A stretch of 64,000 bases of DNA, from positions 1-64,000 of the IMG/VR virus record IMGVR_UViG_3300048672_000219, one strand, 5' to 3'. Origin of the DNA: a virus. Made by a program: the position numbers and the translations under genes. This document shows positions 31,719-42,543 of this stretch, in pieces. How positions within the stretch are numbered: the first letter of the stretch is position 1; each line of letters begins with the position of its first letter. The notes under the pieces were generated by a model. It saw only the letters and a list, made by a program, of their open reading frames with translations, was not told the origin of the DNA and searched no databases.

Positions 31719-34529
31719 TTACACATTTTCCTTTACTTCTTTAATGTAAACATTGCTCAGTTTAATAGTACCTTGTGCTGCAACTGCAACCGTAAGCTGA
31801 TAAGGGAAATCAACCGCTGACGCACGTTTAATATTTGGAGAATAAGCTTTATTATTATTTGATCCAAATATGGCAGTTTGTGCATCGGCTGTACCCGCTG
31901 TCACTTGCACTGCAAATACTGTGTCAACTGTACGCCGATAAGGGCTGGTAATTACCACTTTACCAGCAACAGCCGATGCAGCGTTCCAAAACTCTGCTGG
32001 ATAGGTCCCACTTGCCTTAATCGCTGCGTTGATGGCAGCAGCAACTTCAGCAGCAGTGACAGCAGTGTTAGAAACCGCCCCAGATGAACAGTCAATGTTT
32101 GAAATCACACCAACATTATCAATATTCAAGCTGATTTGTTTATTAGTAGACAAGTTAAATGGCTCGGCCACATTTCCAATAATCTGACCTAGTGGGTTCG
32201 CGTTGTCGTCATCAATAAAGAATCGCTGTACAACAGTTTGATTTCCATATACTGCATGAGATAGGAATCCTTCTGTGCCAGCAGTTTCTCTTGGCGAATT
32301 TAACGGTAGCAGTTTTCTAGATTTTACAATTTGCAGCCTCAAATACCCGCCAGAGGATACACCCACCATTTCAACATCCATACCCATTTCGTACTCTTTG
32401 CCACGTTCTAGGGTAATGTACTGTGTCACAGGATTGATAGATGCATTACTTGTTGTAGTGATTGTAAGAACACCATCTTGAGCAGTCATGGAGGCAATAT
32501 TTGATGACGCCCCAGAAGTAACCCAGCCCGGAATCCTTGCACCTGCCCCACTAGGAACCCTAGTTTGATTACTTTCATCCACTAGCAAAGTTTCCCCTGA
32601 ACTGACAAAGTGGGGGTTGAATACATAATTATCGGGGGCTGGAGCGCTTTGACGAGCCAAAGCAAATTCGTAAGGCGTCACTTGCTGAATTTTTCCTGCC
32701 TGTACTAATTTTTGTATGTAAGACAGAGCACCATTAAATGTGTATTCTGAACAGTCACCATACTCTGGGGCAATTGCTCCTGCTGTCAATCCCGTAAATT
32801 TACTGCTTCCGTCTGCATAAATACTGTGAATTAGTCGATTGATATAAAAACCTTTAGAATCTACCAAAGCGTCTAGTGCAGCACGTTCCCGCTGAAGTCC
32901 AACAACACTTGCTGAAATCGGTGCTCCATTGTAGCCTATTGTATTCTTTGCATTGTACGGCGATGCGCCTCGGAACAGCACGCTGCTAGAGTCGTGATTG
33001 GGTGAAGCTTGGGTGGACAGTCCAAATGCTGTGGCCGACCAACCAGAAACTGCTGAAACAGCATCAATAACCTGCTTGATAGTGGCATAAGCAGGCTGCT
33101 TCAAGTCAAACGAGAAGCTGTTAGGTGCTCCTGTCACAACACCATTCAAGAACCCTTTAGCATCTAATTCAATTGTCGCTGTACCAACACCAGAATAGTA
33201 GCACAAAATTCTAGGGCTATTAATGTTCTGATGAATGTGCGCATTTGGCTGCTTGGATGTGCGAGAAATCCCCATCACAGGGCCAACTGATATGAGATTT
33301 GGACTACAACGATGGCTAATAAATTTAGATGCCCCCGGAATTGTCCATGGGAAGTAGTTTGATCCAGATTGTATAAACCCTTTTAACTCAACACCGTTAG
33401 ACGCTGCTGTGGCAGCACATGTCTCTTGTTGATTTTGAATCACTTTACTCCGAGACATGTAGCAACTGTCCAAAGAAACAGTGCGTTGTCCTAACTCTAA
33501 ATTTTCAAAGAATTTGAGGCATAGTGTGGACTCATTACCTGTCAGAGAGTTATAAGAACGAGAAGTCCAGTTAGACAAGTTTCCATTAGTGCAAAGATTG
33601 GCTGTCAAGCCACTTACACCCAAAGAGTTAATGGCAGATACCAGCGAAGATAAAGTTGTCTGAGTCAGCGCATTCCAGTTGGCCAGTTGCACCCCATCAC
33701 CATACAAAGTGATGTTATTACTATTATAAGGGCGAGAAATAACCATGCGCTTGTAGGCTGTACCCTCGTATCGCAGAAGAATTGCACCACCACCCACTGA
33801 AAAACCGACAGCAGTAAATGGTAATTTTGTCAAAGTTATTGGAGAAACATGACCTAAAAGGTATGCCGATGGTGTTCCAGCAGGAAGCGATGTATCCACT
33901 TCACAACCCCACTTGCCAGTGGCATTAATAGCTGCTGCCAACAATTCTAACGTTGGATACGATGCCACTGGCAATGTTATGTTATCATTATTAGATGATG
34001 ATACTAGCTGAACATTTGCTGGAACAGGTTGTGCTCCTACATTGGTATAAGTAACTTGACCTGTTGCAGATGAATCATTTCCTGTATACCAAACAGCAAT
34101 CCCCGTCGAAATTTGCTCCCAAATTGCCGGATGTTTTACGCCATGTGCGTGAATCTCTGCGCCTGCATTTTTAATTTGTAGCAATTGCTGCCAACTTAGG
34201 CACCCATCGCCTGTTGGTGCTGCACCAGTTAATGGGTCTGTGCAAATTGCAATATATGGCTTAATACCATAATTTTGATATGCTGCCATCATTCCGTCAT
34301 CGCCTTTATTTCCGTACCATGCTCTGTACGCATGATCCCCACCAATCATGACCATGGGCAGTGATCCGGTTGGTTTGTTTCTCATTACTGCTGCGACTTT
34401 ACCACTTGTTGTGGTGGGGACAAAACCATCTGAAACAAATCCGGTTACGTAATTACTACCTTGACCTTCATCAAATACAATCTCACCAAGCTCATTGACA
34501 GGCCATACTGTACTAGGCGTATTTGCCAT
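31719..34529 (-). CDS. Large protein with polysaccharide deacetylase (NodB)-like domain, repeated inserted domains and a CBM-like region
   Basis: VMIGGDH...YGIKPYIAI...LSWQQLLQIKNAGAEIHAHGVKHP resembles NodB; repeats T(L/I)..L..AIN; NYVFNPHF...IPGW jelly-roll start. Confidence 0.5.
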   Translation of the reverse strand: MANTPSTVWPVNELGEIVFDEGQGSNYVTGFVSDGFVPTTTSGKVAAVMRNKPTGSLPMVMIGGDHAYRAWYGNKGDDGMMAAYQNYGIKPYIAICTDPLTGAAPTGDGCLSWQQLLQIKNAGAEIHAHGVKHPAIWEQISTGIAVWYTGNDSSATGQVTYTNVGAQPVPANVQLVSSSNNDNITLPVASYPTLELLAAAINATGKWGCEVDTSLPAGTPSAYLLGHVSPITLTKLPFTAVGFSVGGGAILLRYEGTAYKRMVISRPYNSNNITLYGDGVQLANWNALTQTTLSSLVSAINSLGVSGLTANLCTNGNLSNWTSRSYNSLTGNESTLCLKFFENLELGQRTVSLDSCYMSRSKVIQNQQETCAATAASNGVELKGFIQSGSNYFPWTIPGASKFISHRCSPNLISVGPVMGISRTSKQPNAHIHQNINSPRILCYYSGVGTATIELDAKGFLNGVVTGAPNSFSFDLKQPAYATIKQVIDAVSAVSGWSATAFGLSTQASPNHDSSSVLFRGASPYNAKNTIGYNGAPISASVVGLQRERAALDALVDSKGFYINRLIHSIYADGSSKFTGLTAGAIAPEYGDCSEYTFNGALSYIQKLVQAGKIQQVTPYEFALARQSAPAPDNYVFNPHFVSSGETLLVDESNQTRVPSGAGARIPGWVTSGASSNIASMTAQDGVLTITTTSNASINPVTQYITLERGKEYEMGMDVEMVGVSSGGYLRLQIVKSRKLLPLNSPRETAGTEGFLSHAVYGNQTVVQRFFIDDDNANPLGQIIGNVAEPFNLSTNKQISLNIDNVGVISNIDCSSGAVSNTAVTAAEVAAAINAAIKASGTYPAEFWNAASAVAGKVVITSPYRRTVDTVFAVQVTAGTADAQTAIFGSNNNKAYSPNIKRASAVDFPYQLTVAVAAQGTIKLSNVYIKEVKENV

Positions 34530-34631
34530 ACTAAATCCTCTCTATAAACGCCAAAAGCCCTCATACGAGAGCCATTAGCTTTTGTTTCCTTTGCGCAAAG
34601 GGGCTTACACACAATATGCAAGCCAGAGAGG

Positions 34632-34660
34632 ATTATAACAGAGGAAGCTCTATTTGTCAA
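34632..34660 (-). promoter_or_regulatory. sigma70 promoter for the 936-aa gene
   Basis: TTGACA-N17-TATAAT. Confidence 0.8.
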
Positions 34661-35013
34661 TATGCAACAAATTCTAGCCTCGCAGCAAACAATACAACAC
34701 AAATCCCCACAATGCAATATTAAACAGCATTGAAATAATGAATTCAATGTTTAGTGATTTTAGGAAAGCTTTCATACAAAGTCCTTTGCATCAAAATTAA
34801 TCATCCCACCTTCAAAGACACTCTCGTAGCCTAGAATCATGGATTCTCCAAATATACGAAATAAATGCCACAGTTGTTCTCGCAGAACAGTTCCTTCTTC
34901 CATCGTAGTGAGTTTGTAATACTCTGGAATTTTTCTATTCTGCTGGTACTCATTATAAATCTGTGCTCCACGCTTTGTCAATACCACTTCTACGTAATTA
35001 TTGAAGTTGAATT

Positions 35014-35346
35014 TCATAATCTCTCCCTAGTTCTCAAATGTTGTTTCAATTCATAAGGAATACTGTCTTGTTCATCAAATATAACTTTGTGAACCTCTAT
35101 ACCCATGATTCTTTGTGGCGCTGATACAAAAATGCTGCTGCCGTTATTGAACAGTATTTCTCCAGTTTTGTCTTTTATGAGAACATCTTCCCATATAACT
35201 TCTGAGTTGTCAACATAAGAAAGAACATCCTTAACAGATTGTTGAGAGCTACAGAAGAATGCCACTTTTGTATTAGGATTTGTAAAGCAAACCCTTGCGG
35301 CTTGCAGGAGCTTAGATCGGTTTTCTGAGTTCATATTATCCCTCAA
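35014..35346 (-). CDS. Small protein resembling a terminase ATPase sub-fragment
   Basis: GEILFNNGSSIFV...RIMGIEVHKVIFDEQ Walker-B-like stretch. Confidence 0.4.
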   Translation of the reverse strand: MRDNMNSENRSKLLQAARVCFTNPNTKVAFFCSSQQSVKDVLSYVDNSEVIWEDVLIKDKTGEILFNNGSSIFVSAPQRIMGIEVHKVIFDEQDSIPYELKQHLRTRERL

Positions 35347-37944
35347 TCAAATGTCCAAATACATCACTGCCAATATCCCTAGCATCACGTTTCTTGCCAG
35401 TGTAAGGATTGTACAGCCAAGCCACTTTGCCATGCCATTGGCGATATTGTTCTGCTTCACTAGGAAAGACATCCTTCTTCTCGCCTGTCACTGGATCGTA
35501 TTGCATTAGTCCTTTTACAATAGGAGTTGGGCAGTACGGATTGCATTCTTCCATGTCAATATCAAACTCAACACCAATAGGAGCTCCGCGTGGCATCCAA
35601 GAAGTAATTGAAACATTTCTGATGTAGAATTTAGTACCAAGAAATTCTACAGGAGTTCTCGATTCTCCTGCATCGGAGAGTTTCTCGTGAAAGTTATTCA
35701 CATCGTCTTTAGTTACGAGTACTTTCATTTTATTCTCCTAGAAATTCCTTAATATTCTTCATGTGCTGAATACTGTCAGCGGTGTGATACGACACACGAA
35801 GTAGTTCTTTAGCTTGCTTCAGGGCTTGCTGGAGTGAAGCAATTTGATCTTTGGCTAAAGCTAGCTCAGTTTCGTTGTCGGCTCTTGTCTGATGACTTGC
35901 CCATTCTTCAAACAATTCAAAACGAGACTCCATCCAACTAAGCTTTCCACCGTCGATGTAGTATTCTGGTTCGGGATGACTATAGGGAACAATACCAGTA
36001 ATCTCGTAAGTTTCTCCAATTTGCAATTCATACTCGGCAAAATCAACATTTTTGCAAACCACTTTGTCACCGATTTTGTATTTAGTCATCCCCATCCTCC
36101 ATTTCAGCAATCTTCAATGCTATATGCCCCATTAACATGCCTCCGAGAAAGCCAACCAAATTGTTAAATACTGTGCTTTCCATATTGTAGGTAATTATAC
36201 CAAAAATGTAGAAAGAAGCAACAATTGCCATCCATTTAATACGTATCATTTCAATGCCCTTTCACCAATTGTGCTGCATATTCAATCAAATACATCTTAG
36301 GAGCAATTAGAATTTTTAGCCATTCTTCGAGGAAATCTACTTCTGTCACTTGACTGGCTGGCGCGGCCTGCGCGGTTTCTCCACTTCGTGTCGTTGTGGG
36401 CTGGGTGGCAAGAATTTGACCTAGTGCCCAATCTAAATTTTGAGCAATCGCACCAAAGTCTGCCGATTCAGGAATACGTGCAACAGCAAACGAATTCATT
36501 GCCAAATCACGAGCATCTTTCAAAGCACGAATTACGTCTTTGTCCATCTCACTCCCCTTTATTAAAATCACGTTTGTCTTTAGCAGGACGCTGCCATTCA
36601 TGTTTCTCTCGTTTCATTTTCACATTCTCTTTAGGCTTCTTTACAAGTTTTACGAACGTCGAATTAGATTGCATTTTGTGTCTTTCTAAATTGTTTATCG
36701 TGAACATATTGTGACAGGGATTTTTGAGGCTGTCAACAGAAATTTATATATTGTGTTTAACAGCGTCTGGAAACATCCACAAAGGCTTTGTCAAGTCAGC
36801 TATCTTCTGGTTGAGCCACATTTCCTCTGCTAGAGGGTATTGCTTGATTGTGAAACAATTACGTTCAAATCCTTTACGCTTTCCATCCTCAATAATGTTT
36901 GTAGGATAGACAACAAAACTCTTTCCGTCCTTATCCTTTGCCATGCAAGGCTCTGCTACAACACACATGTCGTGGTTGTTGTAGGATTTGTCAGCAGCAT
37001 TATGAATTGTGCATATAGTGCCAACAGGGACGTATGTGAAGCTCCCGTATGTGTAATTATCGTAGAGGGACATTATGTTCCTACCTTTTCTTTATCAATC
37101 AAATTCCAAACAGAACCGTGAATTGGTGGATAGAATTCACTCATGGCAAACTTACTCCATCGTCTGTGGCGTCGTTTCTGCTTGTGTTCAAAATCATCAC
37201 ATGGTCGGTAATATCCTGCATAGTAACCCTCTCGTTTGTTACGCGATTGTATAACTTTCATTTGGTTCTCTCCTAAGAAAAGAGGAATGCAACAAGTATA
37301 ATAAGCATATCGATAGTTATGCCCACCAATCCCCCTATAAACAAACCGTCGAAAATGGCCTCATCATATCCACGAATGGCTCCACGGATGCCGCCTACAG
37401 CAGTAGACAACAATAGCACAATAACTAAAGCCTTAACGGCCAAAATATCATTACTGTGTTCTTTTGGATGCAGATATTGCACACATTCAGCATAGCTTTG
37501 CATAGCTTCCGTAGAAGCATTCTTGCTGTCATATTTATCAATCACTAGCTGGCATTGTTCCGCATGTGATTGTGCTGCCATATTAGCGTTAATTGCTGCT
37601 ATGTTTGCATTTGTTGCTGCTGTGGTTGCTACAATTAATGCTGTGCTCATTTGTTTTCTCCTTAATTAAGTAGAGCTAATCAGTTCATCTTCAAGCCACA
37701 ATTCAATGCTCTGAACATCTTCATACATTGGATCGCCGCCAGTATAGACGGAGTTTGTAACAGTTTTGATCTGTAAGTTTTCTCGTAGGTAGTCTTTCAC
37801 ATCCTCAAGGAATGCTTCTTTACGAGCTTTGCTGGTCATTTCTTCCATTGTCATTTTGTTCTCTCCTATAAATTCCCACAAGCCCTATGCTCATGTGATG
37901 TGTATTGTTGCATGGATTTGATTGTGTGTCAAGCTTGTCTCCAC

Positions 37945-37973
37945 AAATAATAAAGCCTCCCCAAAAGGGAGGC
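37945..37973 (-). terminator. Intrinsic terminator after paralog B
   Basis: GCCTCCC-TTTTG-GGGAGGC followed by TTTATTATTT. Confidence 0.7.
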
Positions 37974-37978
37974 CATTG

Positions 37979-38161
37979 TCATTGAAGCTGTGCTTCCAGT
38001 TTACGTTGCTGCATGAGAACAAAAGCGAGTTCAAGCTTTTCGCCCAGAGGTTTGCCGCGATGACGCTTACGAATAGAGTGTACAGCTTGAGCACTAGCAC
38101 GTTGGAAGTGCGTTGCAATCTGTTCCACAGTGGCGAGTTCGTAGTTGAAATGAGTTGCCAT
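37979..38161 (-). CDS. Small helical protein, paralog B
   Basis: FNYELATVEQIA...SAQ...RKL; monocistronic between promoter and terminator. Confidence 0.75.
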   Translation of the reverse strand: MATHFNYELATVEQIATHFQRASAQAVHSIRKRHRGKPLGEKLELAFVLMQQRKLEAQLQ

Positions 38162-38190
38162 GAAATTTCCTTAGAGGTTAATGATACGAC

Positions 38191-38264
38191 ATTATAACAG
38201 ACCAGTTTAGAAAAGTCAATACAAAATGCTAAAACTTGACAAAAGTTTACAATCATGTTATAAT
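38191..38264. promoter_or_regulatory. Back-to-back divergent sigma70 promoters
   Basis: Minus strand TTGACT-N17-TATAAT (38219-38191); plus strand TTGACA-N17-TATAAT (38236-38264). Confidence 0.8.
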
Positions 38265-38305
38265 TCTGTTAGGTGATATTGCCGTATTGACATAGAGGAT
38301 TTAGG

Positions 38306-39361
38306 ATGAAAGAGGATAAGAAAATTGCCAGAGTTGGTGATAAGTATATGCTGAAATGTGGAGTAGAAGTTGAAATTGTTGAAATAATTTCAAACAAAGA
38401 TGTATTAGTTACTGACGGAAAAGCTTTTAAGAATTGTCGGTTTTACAATTTAGTAAAAGGAGGTGTCGCATGGATCGTTGACGGTATTTTACGCACTGCG
38501 TACTACACTGGAAATGTAAAGAAATGTGAGCCGCCGGTTAAAGTTGGTGAGATTTTCAAATTAAATTGTGGAGTGTCTGTCTCAATTAAAGAGTATTTAG
38601 GGAGCGACAGAGTTTTAGTAGAGGATGAGCATCAAAATTTAAAAAACGTATCTCTTAGTTCACTGAGAAAAGGTCATGTTTCGTGGCTTGGAAAAACTAA
38701 AACAGAGGTGAATAGACCACCAGTTGAGATAAACATAGGAGATGTGTTTTCAAGTAAAAGATTCGGTGAGTTTGAGATAATAGGGTACTCTTTCCATAAG
38801 AAAAACTTATTTAATGTCAGATTTAAAAATTCTGGCGGTGCTATGTGGAATGTATCTGCTGTATCCATCTTAAAAGGTACACTTTCCGACAGAAGTAAAG
38901 AGCATGTGTTCAGAAATAAACCCTATAGGCTAGGTGGTAGATTTTATTCAACGGTTTCTGGGTGGTGTACAGTAATTGACTTAGAGTCAAGTACGAACAT
39001 TACTGTACAATGGGATCACACAGGAAACATTCAAAAGACATCATATAGAACTCTAAAGAAAACTACATTCTGTGAAAATGTTAAGGAAAGTCCTTTGTTT
39101 GAGCCAAAAGGACATTACGTTTACATCGCTAAAACTGGTGGGGAGATTGTTTATATCGGTTCTGGAAAAGAACAAAGGTACATGCATTGTATAGACGGAA
39201 GATCGAGTAACTACGACCTTAATAGATTGCATTTCAGTAAATACAAAGTTGAAGTCGAGATTTTCAAAGAGGGTCTTACTAAAAGAGAAGCCCTTGATCT
39301 TGAACTATCTTTAATTAGAAAACATAATCCAATTTGTAATATATCTGGTAAATCTGATTAA
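38306..39361 (+). CDS. Putative endonuclease: four N-terminal beta repeats plus C-terminal GIY-YIG domain
   Basis: Repeats VGDKY..CG/VGEIF..CG/IGDVF..FG/LGGRF..SG; HYVYIAK...IVYIGSGK..R..H...EALDLE...P.CN. Confidence 0.75.
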   Translation: MKEDKKIARVGDKYMLKCGVEVEIVEIISNKDVLVTDGKAFKNCRFYNLVKGGVAWIVDGILRTAYYTGNVKKCEPPVKVGEIFKLNCGVSVSIKEYLGSDRVLVEDEHQNLKNVSLSSLRKGHVSWLGKTKTEVNRPPVEINIGDVFSSKRFGEFEIIGYSFHKKNLFNVRFKNSGGAMWNVSAVSILKGTLSDRSKEHVFRNKPYRLGGRFYSTVSGWCTVIDLESSTNITVQWDHTGNIQKTSYRTLKKTTFCENVKESPLFEPKGHYVYIAKTGGEIVYIGSGKEQRYMHCIDGRSSNYDLNRLHFSKYKVEVEIFKEGLTKREALDLELSLIRKHNPICNISGKSD

Positions 39362-42300
39362 ATCGTTAAAACTTTTCTAAGTGGTGGATTTTCAAAAAGT
39401 ACTCGACTCGTTCAAGTGTCGTGAAAAAATGATCCACCGCATTTTCCAGAAACTTTCATTTTGGAATTTGAATTTTCATTTTGGAATTAATTTCGTCAAA
39501 ACTCCCTGAAAAATTTTAGCCCTTATTAGAGAAAATTTAGATAGTGCGCTACATAAATTGATGACATAATTACAATATTGTCAGATTGTCTTGCCAGAGT
39601 GTCAATTTCTCAACAGCAATGTTGCTATTATGCAAGACGAGCGATGCCATTGTCGCTTTTATGCAACATTCTGAAATTAAAAAGCAAACGCGCAGGAGTG
39701 ACGCTGCGTCGCCAACGCATAATTGAATTCTACTCTTCTCACAGGAAAACGCAAGCGGAATTTAAATTTATTTTGGGAATTTGCAACATGAAAATATGAC
39801 GAGCAGGAGTGACTTAGACGATCGGTGCTTTCATGTCGCAGCAAAGCATCACCGTTAGACATATAGTATTACAAATTCCTGAATCGTGCAAAGCTTATTT
39901 GCATTTGTCGCATAAATGTTACGTTATGCCCTGTAATGTCTTTTCTATGCATCATATGCACAAAAAGCTTGCCATGCTGGAGAATGCTGTATATTATGGC
40001 TACATGTCCTGTAGCACAGGGCTACATGTTCAACGCAATACACGAAAGGCAAGCCATGAATAACTACTCGCAAAAGACCATCGCCGAACTACTGTATATC
40101 CAACAGGATGCATACGAGGCCGCACAATGCGCTAAAAGCTTAGGCAACAAAGAAGCGGAAGCCAAATATCTGGATCAGGTGAACGACGCCTCCAGCGAAC
40201 TGCATAAACGTCAGAAAGGGAATTAATTATGGTAACGATCAATAAACAGGTGGAAGCTGTCAAGCTTGTACAGTACATTAATAATGACGTGCGAATGGGG
40301 TTTAGTGCCACCTCGCATTACGATACCGTATTATTATCTTTTACAGGATACGGTGAAGAGTTTGAAATTTCCCTAGAATTTTCCCATGAATACAAAGTAT
40401 GGATGCTAGATTTTTGCCAGTATTCTGTAAAAGGGCGATTACCTAACTTTGCTAGTCATAAGTCACAGCTAGGCTTTATCACACTGGCGATTGCTAAGTA
40501 CAATGTCGCATTAGAAAAACGCCTATCAAAATAAACTCTTGCAATAGCTCTAAAGCGTGATATACTAGAGCCAATTCAACGCACAAAGGAATATCATGTC
40601 AGATAGTAAAGCTAAACATACAGCATGGCGTTATTTCAACGGCAAACAAATTGGTTATGTAGAATCATTTGATTGGTCGCCATTCCGCAAAGGCGATCCA
40701 TACAGCTACACTAACGATCATGCCAAAGCCTTACAAATGACTGAATCGCAATGCCGTAAATTTTGCAAGTATATGTCGGATTGCGGTACTATTGGATTCT
40801 GGAGCTAATATCATGTCAGACAATATCGCAATTCTTGACGGCTACACAGAGCCATACATGGCATATAGCAGTAATGGTGAATACGAGATACCTATTCTCG
40901 TCAAGTCTGACACAGATTTTGATAGTTGTTTTAAAGCATGGGACAGTGACGAGCAAAAATATATCTCAATCTTAGGCTGGCTATGGGATTGCGAACCTGT
41001 TACAGAGGATAACTGACATGACTAAGCTAATGAGCATACAGGCCGCGTTTAACGGCGGTCTAGCAGCCTTTTACCGGCACTGCCTTCGCTACGGAACAGT
41101 GACACAATACCGTGATTATCTGGATGAATCTGGCGCGGAATGCCGTGATGTTTCTGTTATCATCCAAGGGCATTTTGCTGTGATAACTAAGCGGCGTGGT
41201 GAAGTGGTAGCAGCGCAATATTATTCTAACTGAAGGCATATTATGAAAATCGAATCAAGCAATATGACACATGAAGAGTATTTCCGTTTAAACGGCATAC
41301 TGTCCATAGAACGCACTGAGCAAGTATTACAGGCGCTACAAGAGGCGCAAGCATTGGACGTGCGAGAATTTGCCGCCTATGCTCAAGAGGCGCGCTCAGG
41401 CTTTGCCAGTGAAGATTTTCTAGTGCCAGAAGTGATATTGTTGCGCCAGCTAGCAAAGCGCTTGAGAGGCGACAATAAGCAAGATTTGCTAGTCATCATC
41501 GAAGTGATCGAAAACGAATTGCAACAATTACAAAGTAGTGCGGAATATGCAAACGATCAATTGTCTAACATTGTGCGCACTGTTACAAAATAACGATTGA
41601 CAGGCTGAAATATGCCTGTTATTCTAAGCACATATAGACAAATTCCTGAAAGGCTGCAAAATGAAAAACTACAATCTCCCTAAAGCCAAAGCGCAACAGG
41701 CTATTAAATCAGCCGATGACGCATTGTATAGCCAACACTACAAAGGTATTTTTGATGAGTCTGACCCTAATCATCCAAAATATAATAACGGCTACAATTA
41801 CGCTACAGGTCAATTTGTAAGCCTGTTCGGATATTCTGAAAATGAATTGCTTGCTAAACAACACAAATAAGGGCTACAAAATGAAAGCACGTTTCCCTAT
41901 TGGCTTAGTGTTCCAGCGTAAGCGGTTTCATAAAGCCAAAGAATTAACAGAGTACACAATCAAAGATATTTACAAGACATTCAACAATGCCGGTGAATGT
42001 GTCAAGCTGGAGTATCTTGTTACACATGAATTCTTTGGGCAAGAAATAGGCGAAATGATGGTTGATACAACAATCGCCCGAAGCTTGACGAATGCGCAAT
42101 TAGCAGAATTTTTGTAAATAATTCTTGCAAAGCCTGAAATTGTATGTAATAATGGTTTCAGGCTAACAAAACAGAGGAAATACCATCATGTACACTCACA
42201 AAATCAGCTACACTAAACAATTTCTTTCCGGTAATCTGGCAGGTTTTAAAGTGGAAGAGAATTTTCGCACTACCTCCGATGCACTACAATTGCATATTGC

Positions 42301-42518
42301 AAAATTTACCAAAGTAAATAAGAAATTTATTGTAAGTAATGTTACTGTGGAGAAAATTTAATGAAACTACAAAGATGGTATGAAGTGATCGAAGGAATAG
42401 CTTATATCTACGATTCAGGACATAAGAGATATTCCCTCAGTGTTTCTATCGTACCGGTTGCGGATTTGCAATATTACAAAAACAATTTTATACTTCGGAA
42501 AATTTGGAGCTAATTCTT

Positions 42519-42543
42519 GCCGCCTTCGGGCGGCTTTATTTTA
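42519..42543 (+). terminator. Intrinsic terminator
   Basis: GCCGCC-TTCG-GGCGGC-TTTATTTT. Confidence 0.85.

Noticed and set aside
34530-34630. c-di-GMP riboswitch in the 936-aa gene leader
   Set aside because: GCAAAG is present, but the conserved two-stem tetraloop/receptor architecture is not
40036-40226. Fourth member of the mini-protein family (MNNYSQKTIAELL...)
   Set aside because: Only a loose N-terminal resemblance; the rest does not align and no nuclease is directly coupled
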